Shown: positions 37,880-51,520 of the stretch, in pieces
How positions within the stretch are numbered: the first letter of the stretch is position 1
How the letters are laid out: every line of letters begins with the position of its first letter
DNA from: Hydrolagus colliei
Lineage: Eukaryota
Length of the DNA: 64,000 nucleotides
Direction of reading: 5' to 3'
NCBI GenBank assembly: GCA_035084275.1
Contig: CM068771.1
Coordinates: 2,170,001 to 2,234,000 of the forward strand
Notes under the pieces: model-generated
Database searches by the model: none
The model's input: the letters and a program-made list of their open reading frames with translations, nothing else
What the model was told of the DNA's origin: nothing
Position numbers and translations under genes: made by a program

Positions 37880-39500
37880 CATCTCAAACACGTGATATGT
37901 GTATGTGTCAGTAGGCGTGTATGTGTCTCCCAGTGTGTATGTATGTATGTATGTGTGTCTCCTCAGTGTGTGTGTGTTTATATGTCTATGTGTTTCTCAG
38001 AGTGTGCGTGTCTGTGTGTCTCAGGTTGTGTGTGTCTCATGGTGTGTGAGTGCGTATGTGTGTCTTAGTGTGTGTGTCTCAGTATGCGTGTATGTGTCTT
38101 CCAGTATGTATGTATGTGTGTCTCAGTGTGTGTGTTTATGTGTCTGTGTTTCTCAGTGTGTGCAAGTCTGTGTGTCTCAGTTTGTGTGTGTCTCACAGTG
38201 TGTGTGTGTCTGTGTGTGTTTGGGTCTTAGAGTGTGTGTATATACACTGTAATGTAGAGTGTATGTATTTCAGGGTGATTGTCTCAGTGTGTGTGTGTGT
38301 ATTACAATGCAATGCGTGTGTACAGTGGATGTGTCTTGGGGTGTGTGTGTCTCAGTATGTGTGTATGGTGTGTGTGTCTCAGTGTGTTTCTCTCAGTATG
38401 TGAGTCTCAGTGTGTATGTACATGCGTAGTGTGTTTATCTCAGTGAGTGCGTGTCTCACTGTGTATACTGTGCGTGTGTGTGTCAGCGAGTGTGTATGTG
38501 CATAGTGCGTACAGCGCCTTTGCAGTGTGTTTCTCTCAATGGGTGTGTGTTTGTCTCATCGTGTGTTTCTGTGTGTACACAATGTGTGTGTCTCGGTGTG
38601 TGTGCCACAGTGTGCATCTCAGTTTGCATGTGTGTGTCAGTGTGTGTACAGTGTGTACACTACATTTAATGTGTGTGTATAATGTGTGTGTGTATGTGTG
38701 TGTGAACAGTATTATGCATATTTGTGTCCGTGTGCACGTGCCTCAGTATGCGTGTGTGCACATTGTATCTGTATGTGTGTGTGTGTGTGTCTCTGAGTGT
38801 GTATGAGTGTGAACACACAGTTTGAAGTAGGAGAGAAATGGGAAAAAGTGTGTACAGTGTGTGTGCAGTATGGGTGTGAGTGCATGCTTGTGTGCAGTCG
38901 TGGGTGTGAGGTAGAGAGAGACAGACTGACCTGCACGGAGCGGGAGAGAGAGAAAGAGAGAGTGAGAGAGGTTGATCAGAGATCAGTAATTTTATCAGTA
39001 ATTTTAGCTCAACAGCTGAGACCGGCTTCTGTCAGCAAAAACGCTTAGTGTGTGTGTGTGTGTGTGTGTGTGCTCTCTCTAACACTGACACATAAACACT
39101 GAGACAGAGAGACCCAGAGAGAGAGAGAGAGACACACACATACACATTGTCAGCAATAATAGTGCTTTGTGTGTGTGTGTGTGTGCTGTCTCTCTAACAC
39201 TCTCACAATTACATGCAGACACAGAGATGTGTGTGTTTTTGTGTCTCTGCATGTAGGTCACTGTGTCTGTTTGTACCTGTGATGTGAGAGCATGTATGTG
39301 TCTGGTTGCCATGTGTCTGTGCGGTCTGTGTTTGTGTATGTTGCAGTATTGATGTGTGTCTGTGTGTATATTTGTTTGTCTGTGTGTGTGATTGCAATGC
39401 GAGTGTGTGTGTGTGTGTGTGTGTGCGTGTCTATTTCTGTACGTTTGTATGTGGTCGGTTGCCATATGTGTGTGGTTTGTGTGCGCGGGCGTATCTATAG
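37880..39500. repeat. TG-rich low-complexity tract
   Basis: Degenerate (TG)n; source of the C/V-rich spurious ORFs. Confidence 0.9.
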
Positions 39501-41703
39501 GTGTGTGTTTGCCACGTGTGTATTCGAGTATCAGTTTATTCTGTTTAGGAGGTGACAGAATGTGCTGGCGTCTATTTATATATTGGATAGACCACTCGCC
39601 TCGGAAGCCAGGGGACCTGGGGTCGATTCCCGGGTGGGATCAGGGCGAAACCTTAGACAACTTTCCTTACTCCACACATACCGTTTATCTAGCAATAAAT
39701 CACTCAAACCACAACTGCTGTGCGCAACTGACCAAATGCTACGTTTTACAACGTTTCCTGTGAAGCATTTCGAGACGTTTTGAAGATGTGATAACGCCTT
39801 GTACCATCTGCATTTTTACTCTGCAGAGAGAGAGAGACAGTGATTGATCGAGTGAGTAAGTAAGTGAGCGAGCAGGTGAGCTGGTTATCGCTCAATCTGT
39901 GTGTCTCTATCTCTCTGACTGCCGTGTTTCGCCCTCCATTAGTTGTAGTTTAAGTGACCACATTTAATATTATTAGTATTTTGGAGGGATTGTTACCCCC
40001 GACAAGTGTCTTCTAATCGACAAACAAACATATTCCTACTTACTGGTAGGTAAACGGGCATGTGTGTAGAGCAAGAGCTTGCCAAACATTTGGCCCTGCC
40101 TTGCCCAGGAATCGATCACACAAAATACATAGTCACAACAACCACAATATTATATAGGTATAACGGCTTTCAACTTGGGAGGACATTCTAAGGCCTTGGA
40201 CAGACAGTATTTTGCACCTGAGCTGGGGGTTGGGATTGAGGAGGGCAGATGGGGAAAGAAGATTGATTGAAAGCTCGGTCAAAGTGGAGGGTCCTGAAGG
40301 CGGCAATGGGATGGGGCGAGGCAGAAGGTCTGTGGAATGGAATTCCAGTGAGTTGGAGCAGTGGAGAGGCAGGTGAGGTGAGGGACGTGAAACTGCCTGC
40401 AGCCCACTGAATGGAGGGAGCGGACAGGTTTGTTAGGAGGATCGGAGGCCACAGAGGTAAGGCGGTGGGTGGGTGGGATGGAGGTCATGGAGGGCTTTGA
40501 GGATGAGGACCTGTGTGATGGAAAGTTAGTGGAGTCGGGCCATGGAGAGGAGAGGATGGGGGTCACAGAGGCTTTTTGTGGGAGGGGACGTGGGCTGCAG
40601 AGTTCTGGATGATCTGCAGCCCTTGGAGAGAGGAGTTAGGGAGACCGAAAGGCAGGGAGTTTGCATAGTCAAGCCGGGATGTGACGATGTGATGTGATCG
40701 CGCTTTTGGTCACCTTTCTGCCCCTGCCCCTGGCTCGGTCCCGGGATCCGCTATTGTGAAGCGCTCTGAGATGCTGTCCGGCGTGGAGTTGCGCTATATA
40801 ATTCAAAGTTGTTGTTGTTGTTGTTGAATGCGTGTATGAGAGTCTCGGTGGCCAGCGATTTAGACAGTGCTGGAATTGGGCAACATTGTGGAGGTGAGGG
40901 AGAAAGCAGAACAGGTCATGGCATGGTTGTGGGGTGGAAAGCAGAGTTGATAGTCGAACAAAACACCAAAGTTCTGGACAGGCTCAGTGAGACGCAGTGT
41001 GTATCCTTGGATGGTGATGCTGTCAGCGCCTGGAGGTCTTGTTTACAGTCAACTGAAGACAGTTATTTCTCATCTAGGACTTGATATCGGACAGACATTC
41101 TGTCAGGTCCTGGAATCAAGGGTGGAGGCAGACAGATACAGTTCCGTGAGATCCGTATTTCGCCCTCAAACAGTTGTGGTTTAAGGGACCATATTTAATA
41201 TTATTATTATAATAATAATAATCCTTGCATTTGGTATAGCGGCTTTTCACATCTTATCGACGTCTCAAAGCGCTTCACAGAATGCACTGTGAAGTGAATT
41301 GACTGTATATTTGTGGGCGAAACGCGGCAGCCAATTGAGCACAGCAGCGTCCCATAAACAGTCGTGGATTGAAAATGACCAATTTTTTATTATTGTGTTG
41401 TGTTTGGGAGGGATTATTATTATTATTATTATTATTAGGCGTGTGGAGTAAGGAATCTTGCCTAAGGTTTTGCCCTGATCTGCCAGGATTCGAACCACAG
41501 GTCTCACACTTGTAAGGCGAATGTATCAGTCCACCACACTGTGCTATTGGTAGTTTAACTGGCCAGTTTTTACACACATTGCACGTGTTTTTCATCGCAT
41601 ATACTTGAATTTGCAATCGATAAAGTCGCGTTCAACGAGGGTTAACTGTACTTGAGTGCTGTGTATTTGTCAGCGTTAGTTCGAGACAAAATCTTGTGCA
41701 AAC

Positions 41704-42390
41704 ATGTTCAACAACAACAACAATTTACATTTATATAGCGCCTTTCACGTCGGGAGGACGTCCCAAGGCGCTAAACAAGAGGCGTGTGACCCGAGCTGGG
41801 AGGGGAGTGTTTGGGAAGGGGTGAAACACGAAGGGGAGGTCAAAGAGTTCGGGGGGTGGGAACAAAAGGCCCGATCGAAGAGGAAAGTCTTCAAATCGGC
41901 CTTGAAAGAGGAAAGGGAAGAGGCGAAACGGAGGGATTGAGGGATGGCATTCCATAGGGTGGGAGCGGAGAAACTGAAGGCCCGGCCTCCGATGGTGGGG
42001 CGGTTCGGGCGGGGGGCTTGGAGCAGGCCAAGTCCTGTTGAACGGAGGGTTCGGGTGGGCGTGTAGGGGGAGAGTAGATAGGTTAAGTAGGATGGGGCAA
42101 GGCCGTGTAAAGCCTTGTAGGTGAGGACGAGGATCTTAAATTCGATCCTCTGGAGGATGGGGAGCCAGTGGAGACGGGCGAGGGTGGGGGTTATGTGGTC
42201 ACGGAGGCGGGTGCGGGATAGTACACAGGCTGCAGAGTTTTGGATGGTCTGCAGCCTATGAATGGAGGAACTGGGGAGGCCGACTAGGAGAGAATTTCCG
42301 TAGTCCAGCCGTGAGGTGATGTACGCGTGCACGAGTGTTTCAGCAGCGCGGGGGGTGAGATAGTTGCGGAGCCTGGCAATGTTGCGCAAA
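41704..42390 (-). mobile_element. Relatively young L2 3' end with open frame
   Basis: LRNIARL...SRLDYGNSLL...HWLPILQRIEFKIL to the tail. Confidence 0.9.
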
Positions 42391-42950
42391 GTCTTTCTTG
42401 CAACTAGTATCGCAGTTAACTCCTTTATCACTTCTCTTCTTCCCTGTATTACTCTCTCTCTGTGCTCCACCCTACTCTTTTCCCTTATATTGGAGCATTG
42501 TGATATTTTGAAACGTTAAATTATTTCAAGCTTACATCTGATTAGACCACTTTTTATGGCGGAAGTTGTCTCAATGTGTATCATACATTCTCAAAGTGTA
42601 GTGAATGACTTGTAGGCAAACGTGGCAGCTGTTTGCAGACAGAGATGTTCTGTGAGCAGTGAAACTGCCACCAAATTACAACTGTCTGGCTTCTCTCTGA
42701 CCGAATGTCACCACTACCAAACTCAGCTGTCCTCGGTTTCGCTCTGTCCCATCTTATTCTGTATTGAAATCTCCATTCAACAGCCGATTGTGTTCAGCAG
42801 TGTCCCACAAACACTCAAGGATTGAGAGACCTAATTATTATTGTTTTTGCTTGAGGGATTATTATCAGGCGTGTGGAGTAAGGAAATTGGCCCAAGGTTT
42901 TGCCCGGAGAGGGAGGAGCTGTGCCTGAGCTGTGGCAGCCGATACCGTTT

Positions 42951-43157
42951 NNNNNNNNNNNNNNNNNNNNNNNNNNNNNNNNNNNNNNNNNNNNNNNNNN
43001 NNNNNNNNNNNNNNNNNNNNNNNNNNNNNNNNNNNNNNNNNNNNNNNNNNNNNNNNNNNNNNNNNNNNNNNNNNNNNNNNNNNNNNNNNNNNNNNNNNNN
43101 NNNNNNNNNNNNNNNNNNNNNNNNNNNNNNNNNNNNNNNNNNNNNNNNNNNNNNNNN
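42951..43157. other. Assembly gap (N run)
   Basis: N characters. Confidence 1.
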
Positions 43158-43509
43158 AAGAGAGCCATGAGGCAGCGGCCACCGATAGGTGGCGGCGACT
43201 GTGAGACAAGGAGCCCCCCCCCCACCCCATCCCCATGGGGTAATTTACTGTATATTTTGTGGGTGAATCGATCACTGCCAATCGATCACAGCCACGTCCA
43301 AGAATCAATCGAGGATTGAAGTGACCAATTTATTTGATTTTAAGGTTTTATTACATTGGGTTCAATCCAGATACAAACCAACAGAAACTCGCCGTGCACC
43401 CGTCTCCAACACTAGTAAAGGATCTCTGTGGACCCACAGAGCATCGTTTCCCGTAAACACCCTCCCCCCACCCTGCCGCTTGCTCACACCCTGTATTCCC
43501 TTAAATGAC

Positions 43510-43860
43510 AGACAGTGAATCACATGGAAACTGAGGTAAATCCACATCGCCGTTAATGTGTTAGACCTGGCAGATTCTCAGCGGCTCAGAATTTTTCCCG
43601 CCATCGCTCCCAAAAGGATGGACGAGAGGATAAAGTTTCCCCAGTCAAAGTTTGGGTGTAAGTGAGGAGATGAGACATGTTATCAGCGGTGTAAAATGAC
43701 ACCTGTCCCCCTTCATAGCCCAGGTAAACTCCGACCTTCCTGGGTCTCATTGTCAGGGGCAGGCGGGTGGGAGGTGATGTCACAGCCTCATAGACCCCGT
43801 TCCTCATCCACAACCCCCAGACCCCAGTCTCTGTTGACCAGATGATTGGTTGTTTCCTGT
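43510..43860 (-). pseudogene. Truncated, frameshifted SPRY (B30.2) fragment with 3' UTR homology
   Basis: GVWGLWMRNGVYEAVTSPPTRLPLTMRPRKVGVYLGYEGGQVSFY; +1 frameshift at TGKLYPL; lacks PRY. Confidence 0.85.
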
Positions 43861-44810
43861 GGCCTAACCCCTGAGTAACCCTGTGACTCCATCTCCCCCA
43901 TTCTGGTGTGACTCCATTGGCTCCCCCATCGCCAGAGGATTCAATTCAAGATCCTGGTCCTCACCTTCAACGCCTTCCATGGCCTCACCCCCCCTTACAC
44001 CTGAGACCTCCTAACCCACTACCAACCTGCGCACCCCCTCAGCTCAGCAGGCTCCTGTCTGCTCCACCTTCCCCGAACCTCCGACCCCACCATTGGCGGA
44101 CAAGCCTTAAGCCACTGTGCCAAGAAACACCACTCCATCCCACAGTCCCTCCACCTCGCCACCTCCCTGGCCACCTTCAAGTCCCGCGACAAGACCCACC
44201 TCCTCGACAGTCCCATTGGTCACTCCAAATGCCCCCTTTCCCTCCAGCCTCCCTGTGGGGCTAGTTCAGGTAAGAGTTGGGGAAATGGGACTAGTTGGGG
44301 TATGAATGGGGGAGTGGGGGCCGGTTGGGGTAAGAGTGGGGGCAGTGGGGGCTGGTTTGTTACTGTATCACAGACTGGGTTGAATGGCTTCCTCCTTGTG
44401 CCTGAGGTCAGGTTGGATGATCCTATGCCTGTAGTACCGCGTTACCGTCCACAGGAGGCGCTGTGTGAGCCCAACAGCCACTGCAGTCACACTGTCACCA
44501 GCGCCCTCTGCTGGCGGCGGGACAACATCACTGCAGTTGATTCTAACCCTCTGATGGGGATCAGTCACCAGCTCCCGGGTCCTAGTGCCCATCCCTTGAC
44601 AATACTTTGTGTTGTTTCTCTCTCACTCCACTCTCTCTCACCGTCTCACTACACTTTGTGCTGTTTCTCTTCCACTGTGCCTTTGGTCATCTTTCTACCC
44701 CTGGCTCAGTCCTGGGATCCGCTATTGTCAAGCGCTCTGAGACGCCTTCCAACGTGGAGGACGCTATATAAATAAAAGTTGTTGTGGTTGTTGTTGTTTT
44801 TCTCTCTCAG

Positions 44811-45346
44811 CTCCGGCCTCTCTGACTCTGGATCCTGACACAGCCCATCCCCAGCTCATCCTGTCTGAGGACCTGACCAGTGTGAGACTCGGAGACACAT
44901 GGCAGCCGCTCCCTGACACCCCAAAGAGGTTTAGTGTCTGGCCCATTGTCCTGGGGTCTGAGGGCTTCACATCAGGGAGACATTACTGGGAGGTGCAGGT
45001 GGGGAAGAAGACTGAGTGGATTGTGGGATTGGCCAGAGAGTCTGTCAACAGGAAACAACCAATCACATGGTCACCAGAGGAGGGGGTCTGGGGGGTGATT
45101 CTGGTGGACGGGGCCTATGTGGCTCTGACGTCACCCCCCACCCCCCTGCCCCTGACAGTGAGACCCGGGAAGGTGGGAGTTCACCTGGACTATGAGGGGG
45201 GACAGGTGTCAGTTTACAACGCTGATCACATGTCTCATCTCCACACCTTCACCAGCACTTTCACTGAGAGACTGTATCCTCTATTTTGTCCCTTTCCTGA
45301 CGAGGACAGAAACAACTCAGAGCCGCCGACAATCTGCCGGTTATAA
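44811..45346 (+). CDS. PRY-SPRY (B30.2) terminal exon, intact frame
   Basis: tctctctcag acceptor in phase 1; [13 protein letters not shown]...[13 protein letters not shown]...[12 protein letters not shown]...LYPLF; no upstream TRIM exons found. Confidence 0.8.
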
Positions 45347-48300
45347 CCCGTTATGTTGATTATGTTGTTTATTGTTGTTGTTTCATTTCCACCTCCCCAC
45401 CCACTGGCCCCTGGTCTTCCCCCCTCCCTCTTCTTCTTCTTCTTCTCTCACTCCCATTCCCCATTTACTCTCCCTCCTTGTCCACTTCCCTCCCTCTTCC
45501 CTCTTACACCATTTTCTCCACATTTCTCACTGATCTTGCCACCCACCCACCTTTAACTCCCTCTCCCCCCTTACCTGCCTTTCTCCCCCTTTCTCCTCAG
45601 CTCCATTTCCACGACTGTTTGTGATTCACTGTTGTGCACAATTTGGCTGCCGCGTTTCACCCACAAATATACATTCAGTTTTCCTACTTTTCTTCATCCT
45701 GCACTGACCCATCTGCCCTTGCTCTTGTCCACTCCCTACCTAACCGTACAGTGCGTTGAGACATCCTCACAATGTCAAAGGCACTATATAAATGTAAGTT
45801 TTGATTGATTGATTGATTGATTAACATTAACATGGCTTTACCTCAGTTTCCATGTGATTCACTGTCTTATGTTTTAGGAATCCATGTTTTAGGAATTCCA
45901 ATCCACGTTCCCCATAAGCCAACGCCTTGATGCCGCTCTGAGGCCGTTGATGTCGAGGAGTGAACAATGTCTGGCTCCAGTTAATCAGTTAAGATTATAA
46001 CTGATTGTCGCCATCAATGGAGTGTAGCCTCTGTGGCCGTCTCCAGTCCTGAGCCAGGCAGCTCCACAGCCCATGGTGACCCAGCCCCACCCAGACCATT
46101 ACACAGTGTAATGGAACCACCCTCTACCCCCCTCGCCCAAACCTACCTACTGGACTTCATCTCCTCAATGAGCATTAGGTTGGCCAATGAAATTGAATGT
46201 GAAAAACATAAAGTAAACATGGGATCACAAAATTGTGGGAGGGACTATCATTGGAATAGAAGCAAAATAATATTGACAGGCAACAAAGAGGACCTGGGAG
46301 TGCAGACTGACAATGAACTGAAGCTCTCCCATCATTGCTCTATGTACTGGGTACATTTCTGGCCACAGTGTGACAAGGCTATTGGAGAATCGAGAAAATA
46401 CAGAGGAGATCAAGCAAAATAATTGATGGAAAGGAACGACTGAATTGTGAGGAGCAACAGTTCGACAATATAGATCTGACTGTTTATTTCCTGTTGTCTA
46501 TAAATTACATATAAGGGAATGTTGAATATGTGATTCAAGCTTGGACAAATTCAGTAAAATGACTGTGTGTTTGTCTGCAGCTTTGGTCTATTGATCACAA
46601 GGGATAACCTTAACTGGAATTGTTTTTCTTAGTTTAGAAGAAAGAGGGTGAGGGTCCAGATGTCAGGGGGATGTCGGTTGACCAGCCTGTGTCGGCTGTT
46701 ACCACATATTTGAAAGATGATAAACAGATGAGGATCTTGCAGAATGTGTCAGAACAACTCCAAATAAGAAATGGGCCTGTTGAGGTGAAGTTTAATTATT
46801 AGCAACCTTGAGTAGTCCAAGGGAGTACAGGATACGGTTAATGATGAAATATGCTCACAAGACAGCAGCAATGGTAGATTAGGAGAATTTGTACTATAAT
46901 CAGCAATGCTTTGCCAGCTTCAGTGCAGTAACAGTAGGATACAGGGAGAGAGAGAGTTAAATAACTGAACTCCTTCCATTGTGTCATCTACAGTCAGGAG
47001 TCAAAGACAATGGATAATGTGTGTTTGATTCTGTAGTGATTGCTTTATTGCTCAATTATATTCACGTGTTGATCTGTCTAATGTTAAATAAACTATTCGC
47101 ACCGAGTTGGGATTGTCAAGTCATTCGTGCCTGAAGGAATTCTAACATAACTAAGCACATTGGGCATGTTCACAATAGGAATAGAGAAGATTCCCAGAAT
47201 GGAATCTAGGAATAGAGACTGGAAAAGAGAAGGTTGAGAGTTGACATGGTTACTGTCTTTCACATTCTGTCAGCGGCAGGCGGGTGAAAGATTACTGTCT
47301 TTCACATTGCCCACAAGTGGGCAAAACAATATAGATCATCACAGGATGTTTCAACTTGTCTAGAATACTAAAGACAGAGGAGTTGGCCTGTGATTGAAGG
47401 GGGTAAATTCAGGACAAATGTACGCAAACACTATTTCAGTGAGCGACTGATGAACTTGTGGAAAAGACTTCCTAGGGGCTCGGTTGAAGCTTGAAGTGTT
47501 GATTCTTTTAAACACAGATAAGATCGTTTTCTTTTAGGAAATAACATTATGGGATACAGTACATAGTTAGTTTGGGACATATGTGGAAGCAAATATATAT
47601 ACGAACAATAAGGTAGTTTGACTAAAGAATATAATGCTTTGTGAACTGTACAAAGTGTTGTTATATCCCAACTGGTTGAGAAAAGAACAGACTGTTTCAT
47701 CTTGTGTATCTGGCCTGTCTGGCTCCACACACTAGAGCAGCCCTGAGGTAGCTGTGGGGACAAGGACAGTGGGGGAGGGGAGGTGTGTGGTGGGAGAGGA
47801 GAAGGGGAGAGGTGGGGGAGGTCAGGAGGGTGATGGAGGAGCAGAGGAGTGTGGTGTGGGAGGTGAGGAAGGAGGTGGGGAGGAGGGGAGAGAGGTGTGG
47901 GATGAGTGAAGGAGAAATGTTTTGGGGAGATGCGAATTGTGAACTTCCAAACCAATAAAGGTCTGATCTCTAAATTATCATTGAATTACAGCAAAGTATA
48001 CATTCTCAAATGCATGTTATAAGTACATGTTACATACTTTTTCACCAGCTGTGCGTATGTCACATGAGAAAATGCATCTCTGCACTTAAGAAACTCAAAT
48101 AAGAAAGTTAACTTAAGAAACTAAACCAAACTGTTAGGGTCAATTTAATTCGTGAAGTACAGACTAACACAAATGTTGTAAAAAAATATAAATGTTTATT
48201 AATTCAGATTCCAGTAACGTTCCAACAGAAGCCAACAGATTCCAGTAACGTTCCAACAGAAGCAGTAAAATTACATTTACAGTGTGCATCTCATGTTGAG

Positions 48301-48924
48301 AGGACGTCCCAAGGCACGGGCCAATCAGGACGGGATCCGAGCAAGGGAGAGGGGCAGGACAGGGAGAAAGTTAGGAGGGGATGGCAAGAGTTGGGAGGGG
48401 CAGCAGAAGGCACAGCCAAAGAGGAGGGTCTGGAAACCGGCCTTGAAGTTGGCGATGGAGGGAGCGTGGTGAAGGGACTGTGGGATGGATTAGAAATACT
48501 ATTGGTGATTAACGAAATGCAATACAATAATTCTTCCGTATCCCTGTTTGATTCTCTCAAGGGTCACGGCAACAAAACCACTGTTGCAAAAGAGATGGAG
48601 AAGTAAAGTCCAATTCCATTCAATTTAATATCCTCCAATATGTATTCAGCTGCTGCGTCACAGCTTCACGTTCAATCAGCAAAACAATGTTCAGGTACTG
48701 AGGTACTGTTGCTTAGTTTGAGAGCTTCAATAGAGGTGTTGGGAATCATCTAAGTCTTGATCTTTCCTTCTTCTCCCTCTTCTTTCTCGTTCATTGTGGA
48801 GTGTCTCTCTCTTGATCTGTGAGACTCGTCTTCTTTGTTCCCCAAGTTAGACCTTTTTAGTCCATGTCTTCAGTGAGAATCTCAACAGTTCGCTTTTATT
48901 AACACAGCTGTTTCTCCAGCTATA

Positions 48925-49230
48925 GACTCGTGGTCACAGATTAAAAATAGTTTCAAGGCGAAGTAGAGGGGAGCTGAGGAGAATTTGTTTCACTCAGCGA
49001 GTTGTTCGAATCTGGAATGCATTGCCTGAAAAGGTGGTGGAGGCTGATTCGATAACAACTTTTAAAAGGGAATTAGATCTTTATTTAGGGAGAACAGGTC
49101 TATTAGGCTATGGGGAGTGGGCAGGGCAGTGGGATTAAATCGCTCTTTTCAAAGAGCCGGCACAGACTAGATGGGCCAAATGGCCTCCTTTTGTGCCGTA
49201 AAATTCTATGAATCTATGAATCTATGAATC
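48925..49230 (+). mobile_element. 5'-truncated CR1 3' end
   Basis: Near-identical to 1149-1452, including the microsatellite tail. Confidence 0.9.
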
Positions 49231-49882
49231 TCTCCATTAAGGCAGAGATAAGGCCTGAAAAACAGTTTGCCATCCACACACAATCCCCTGTCTCTTCTGC
49301 AAAGCCAGACATAACCAAGTCCCATCACTAATGTTCACATGTCTCAAATATACACATATTGTTGTTAATATAAATGAGATATGAAGTTGACACATTAATT
49401 ACAGATGTTACTAAACTAACACATTCTATGGTCACATGGAAATACCTGAGATTACACATTGTTACATACAATCACAAACCAACAATAGCAACGTACTGAC
49501 AGCTATACAGTCTCCAAATATACCGTTTGATGAGAGAAGTAAATAGCTAATTGGGAAGGACACGTTTGTAGAGTGATAAGGAGAGAGTGGGAGAGTGGAA
49601 TTGTTTTGGACCGGTCTTCTCAAACAGTTGACACAGACACGATGGGCCCAATGACCTTCCTTTCTGCACAGTGTAATTCTGTTATTCTATGAAAGTTCAA
49701 ATGTGACTTTAGTGGCTCTTAATATCTCTGTGAATCACAAGGTGATGGATCAGTTTCAATCTTACACTTGATGCTGAGTTAAGGAATCTGCTGTTGAACC
49801 AGTGACTCTGAGAGAGAATCAGTGACTGAGAACAAAGGAGACACCAGAACACTCAGGCCTTCCCTCTGCTCCTCTCAGTCCC

Positions 49883-49927
49883 TCAGGCCGGCTCCTCCAG
49901 TCTCTGATCCTCACTCACTCCAGGTTC
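49883..49927 (-). CDS. MHC class I candidate last cytoplasmic exon (EPGVSEDQRLEEPA*)
   Basis: tttttgttctcag acceptor in phase 0; could instead be a 9-nt micro-exon (EPG|GTGAGT). Confidence 0.4.
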   Translation of the reverse strand, partial: EPGVSEDQRLEEPA

Positions 49928-50668
49928 CTGAGAACAAAAATACAACCAAACTCCTCATTAGTCTCAGGTTGTTTTGCCCATAAATACATAACCAATTCAC
50001 TTCAAAGTATATTCTGTGAATTGATTTGAGACGACTAGAAGACATGAAGAGCTCGGTATCAAATACAAGGATAATTATTATCATCTGCCAGGCAATGTGA
50101 CCCCCGAGCTGTCCATCACTGCTCGTGTCTGATACACATAGAAACCTATCACCGTGATCATACGGGTAACTGATGAACGTGGGAACCTATACCTGTGCTT
50201 AAGAGTTTCCAAGGCACATCAGATAGTTGTACATGTGAATGCTCTGGCCTGCTCCCCGTCACCCGCCTACCCCATAGTTGGCGGCTGGGCCTTCAACATT
50301 TCTGCCCTGATCCTGCACGACTCCATCCATGATTCCCTTCTCCTCGCTCTCTCCCTTGCCTCCTTCTCCCCTGCGTCTCAAAAACCTCCCGTTTGACCCA
50401 TCCTTCGTCCTCCCTGCCCTCCACCCTCCCCAATACTGACCCACTACTCGGGTTCAAATCTCTGACTGTCCAGTGGCTTGGGACGACCTCCCGATGTTGA
50501 AGGCCCTGTATCATTGTGATTTTGACACCAACACACAAACTCTCCCTGTTTCTGGGATGGGGTGCGCATCTTGCATATGTAATTCCCGAGAGTGTTAGGT
50601 GCAGATGAGCAAGAGTGAAACCTTGGGGAGCCAGCAATGTGCATTGGGGGTAACTGCTGGAGTCTAAC

Positions 50669-51309
50669 CACTGAACTAAAATAAGACCTGGAAGGATTAT
50701 CGCCCACACAAAGTGTCGCCACCGATTGTCCGAGGTCACGTGATATCCGCCATTTTGGTTGGTCCTCGACGCGACTCATCTCATCTCATTTCATGAAGGT
50801 ACATGTCTCTAGGTTTACATTCACTGTTTTTGTATCATGATCCTGATACATGAGGTGAATTTAGGTAAAGCTCGTCATGATATTCGATTCATCCATTTGA
50901 CTGTTAGTTTTTCTTTGAATTTCAGATTAATCTTCAGTATTTTTTACAGTCTGAATCATACTCGTTTTGATCAAAAATTCAGGAACGCTTTGTCACCAAT
51001 GATCAATTTGACATTCAGTTATTACATGACTGAATTTAACCTCTGCAAATTCCTCCAGCAATCCTTAAATTAATTTGCAGTGAATTATATTTTTATTACA
51101 TATTTATTATTTTTTAATTGTTTATCTGTTTTTCATTTAGGGAGGGGCACACCCATTTATTTCTTGCGTATGCAAAACTTCATCATTTGTCTCCTCCATA
51201 ATCCTCAACAATGTATTCGAGGACTACGCAATATGGCGGCTTGACGGTGACACCTCGGTCTGTGCATTGTGTGTAGAGATAATCCTTCCAGGTTTTTTTT
51301 AGTTCAGTG
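50669..51309. mobile_element. Non-autonomous DNA transposon, 641 bp, CACTG termini, 8-bp TSD
   Basis: AGTCTAAC at 50661-50668 and 51310-51317; TIR cactgaactaaaataagacctggaaggattatc, imperfect to ~100 bp. Confidence 0.9.
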
Positions 51310-51482
51310 AGTCTAACCAGCTAAACACATAGAGCTCATCTGCTAAGAGGGATGTCTCTCAAGCTTCCCCTTACTTATCCAGTGATGATCCAGTCACAGC
51401 CCAGCCCTGATCCTCACAGCAGGATAGTGTTGGTTAGTGACTAGTGATCACATGAGGTTGTGTGGCTCTGACCAGCTCTTAC

Positions 51483-51520
51483 CTGTGGCTGAACATCTGA
51501 TGCTTGGCTACTGTCATCAC
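51483..51520 (-). CDS. MHC class I cytoplasmic exon 2 (DDSSQASDVQPQ)
   Basis: Phase 1 to 0; ggtaacag acceptor, CAG|GTAAGA donor. Confidence 0.65.

Noticed and set aside
33702-39763. C/V-rich and H/T-rich ORFs
   Set aside because: Translations of TG/CA microsatellite-like tracts.
48205-48263. 31-bp tandem duplication near a minus-strand AATAAA (48195-48200)
   Set aside because: Ordinary slippage duplication; the link to the class I 3' end is untestable here.
48690-48880. Minus-strand charged frame HGLKRSNLGNKEDE... as a class I tail exon
   Set aside because: The phase does not match the preceding phase-0 donor, and the region is purine-rich low complexity.
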